Shown here: one piece after another, positions 63,665 to 64,000 of the stretch
Layout: each line of letters starts with the position of its first letter
Numbering within the stretch: the stretch's first letter is position 1
NCBI GenBank assembly: GCA_977017645.1
Contig: OZ360234.1
Location: 55,366,001 to 55,430,000, forward strand
DNA length: 64,000 bases
Reading direction: 5' to 3'
From: Torpedo marmorata
Taxonomy: Eukaryota
Translations under genes and position numbers: made by a program
Notes under the pieces: model-generated
What the model saw: the letters and a program-made list of their open reading frames with translations, nothing else
Database searches by the model: none
Told to the model about the DNA's origin: nothing

Positions 63665-64000
63665 ATGTAGTCGCGCTACGGCGCGCTATCGATTAAAGAC
63701 GCGGAGACTGTGGAGTTCAATCATGGAGTCTTTACTGATTCAAAACACTGAACTATTCCCGGGGCGGACGTGACGTCGGCGCCCTTTCCGGAAGTCCCGC
63801 CCCGTTGTGTCCGATGGCGGTTCGAGACCCGCGAGTGCGCGCTGCTACAGGAGCTTCTCTGAGATGCATGGGAATCCTCTTAATTGGCATGTCAGGAGCA
63901 GGTTTGATGCAGCTAATTCCTGTTGATATTTTTTTTAACTTTAAATACAAAGGTTTAGTCAACTCTTATTCAATGAAGTTTAAAATTTGAATTAAAATTT

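Larger units (their letters stand above)
59697..63849 (-). mobile_element. Full-length Ty3/Gypsy LTR retrotransposon (~4.15 kb), inactivated
   Basis: LTRs 63666-63849 and 59697-59887 with TG..CA ends; 4-bp TSD GGAG; PBS; PPT AGGGTGGGGGTGG; order gag-PR-RT-RH-IN. Confidence 0.96.

Noticed and set aside
1-64000. CRISPR arrays, rRNA or operon-like prokaryotic systems
   Set aside because: Vertebrate intron-exon DNA; no repeat-spacer arrays or rRNA motifs seen

Overview
Eukaryotic (vertebrate) genomic DNA. The repeat repertoire (V-SINE/HE1-type SINEs, DeuSINE, CR1, Rex1/Babar, Penelope) points to a cartilaginous fish, probably a ray; this is inference. The window lies inside the + strand gene ATRX (SNF2-family chromatin remodeller). 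Fifteen GT-AG coding exons (194-55341) splice in frame from the acidic region through the first helicase lobe to the start of the second lobe; both ends of the gene lie outside the window. The introns are dense with transposons: L1, CR1 and Rex1 LINE fragments, SINEs, Penelope pseudo-LTRs, hAT, Tigger/pogo and Helitron elements, a solo LTR, and a full-length Gypsy element with a clear -1 frameshift signal. Most notable: (1) Penelope-borne minimal hammerhead ribozyme motifs, the recognisable ones all antisense to ATRX; (2) an unexplained multibranch RNA-like structure just upstream of an ATRX exon; (3) a ~550-bp spacerless palindrome split next to its axis by an L1 insertion, plus a second long non-TE inverted repeat; (4) a complete non-autonomous Helitron. 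Boundaries of degraded repeats are approximate, and family names come from motif recognition, not database searches.
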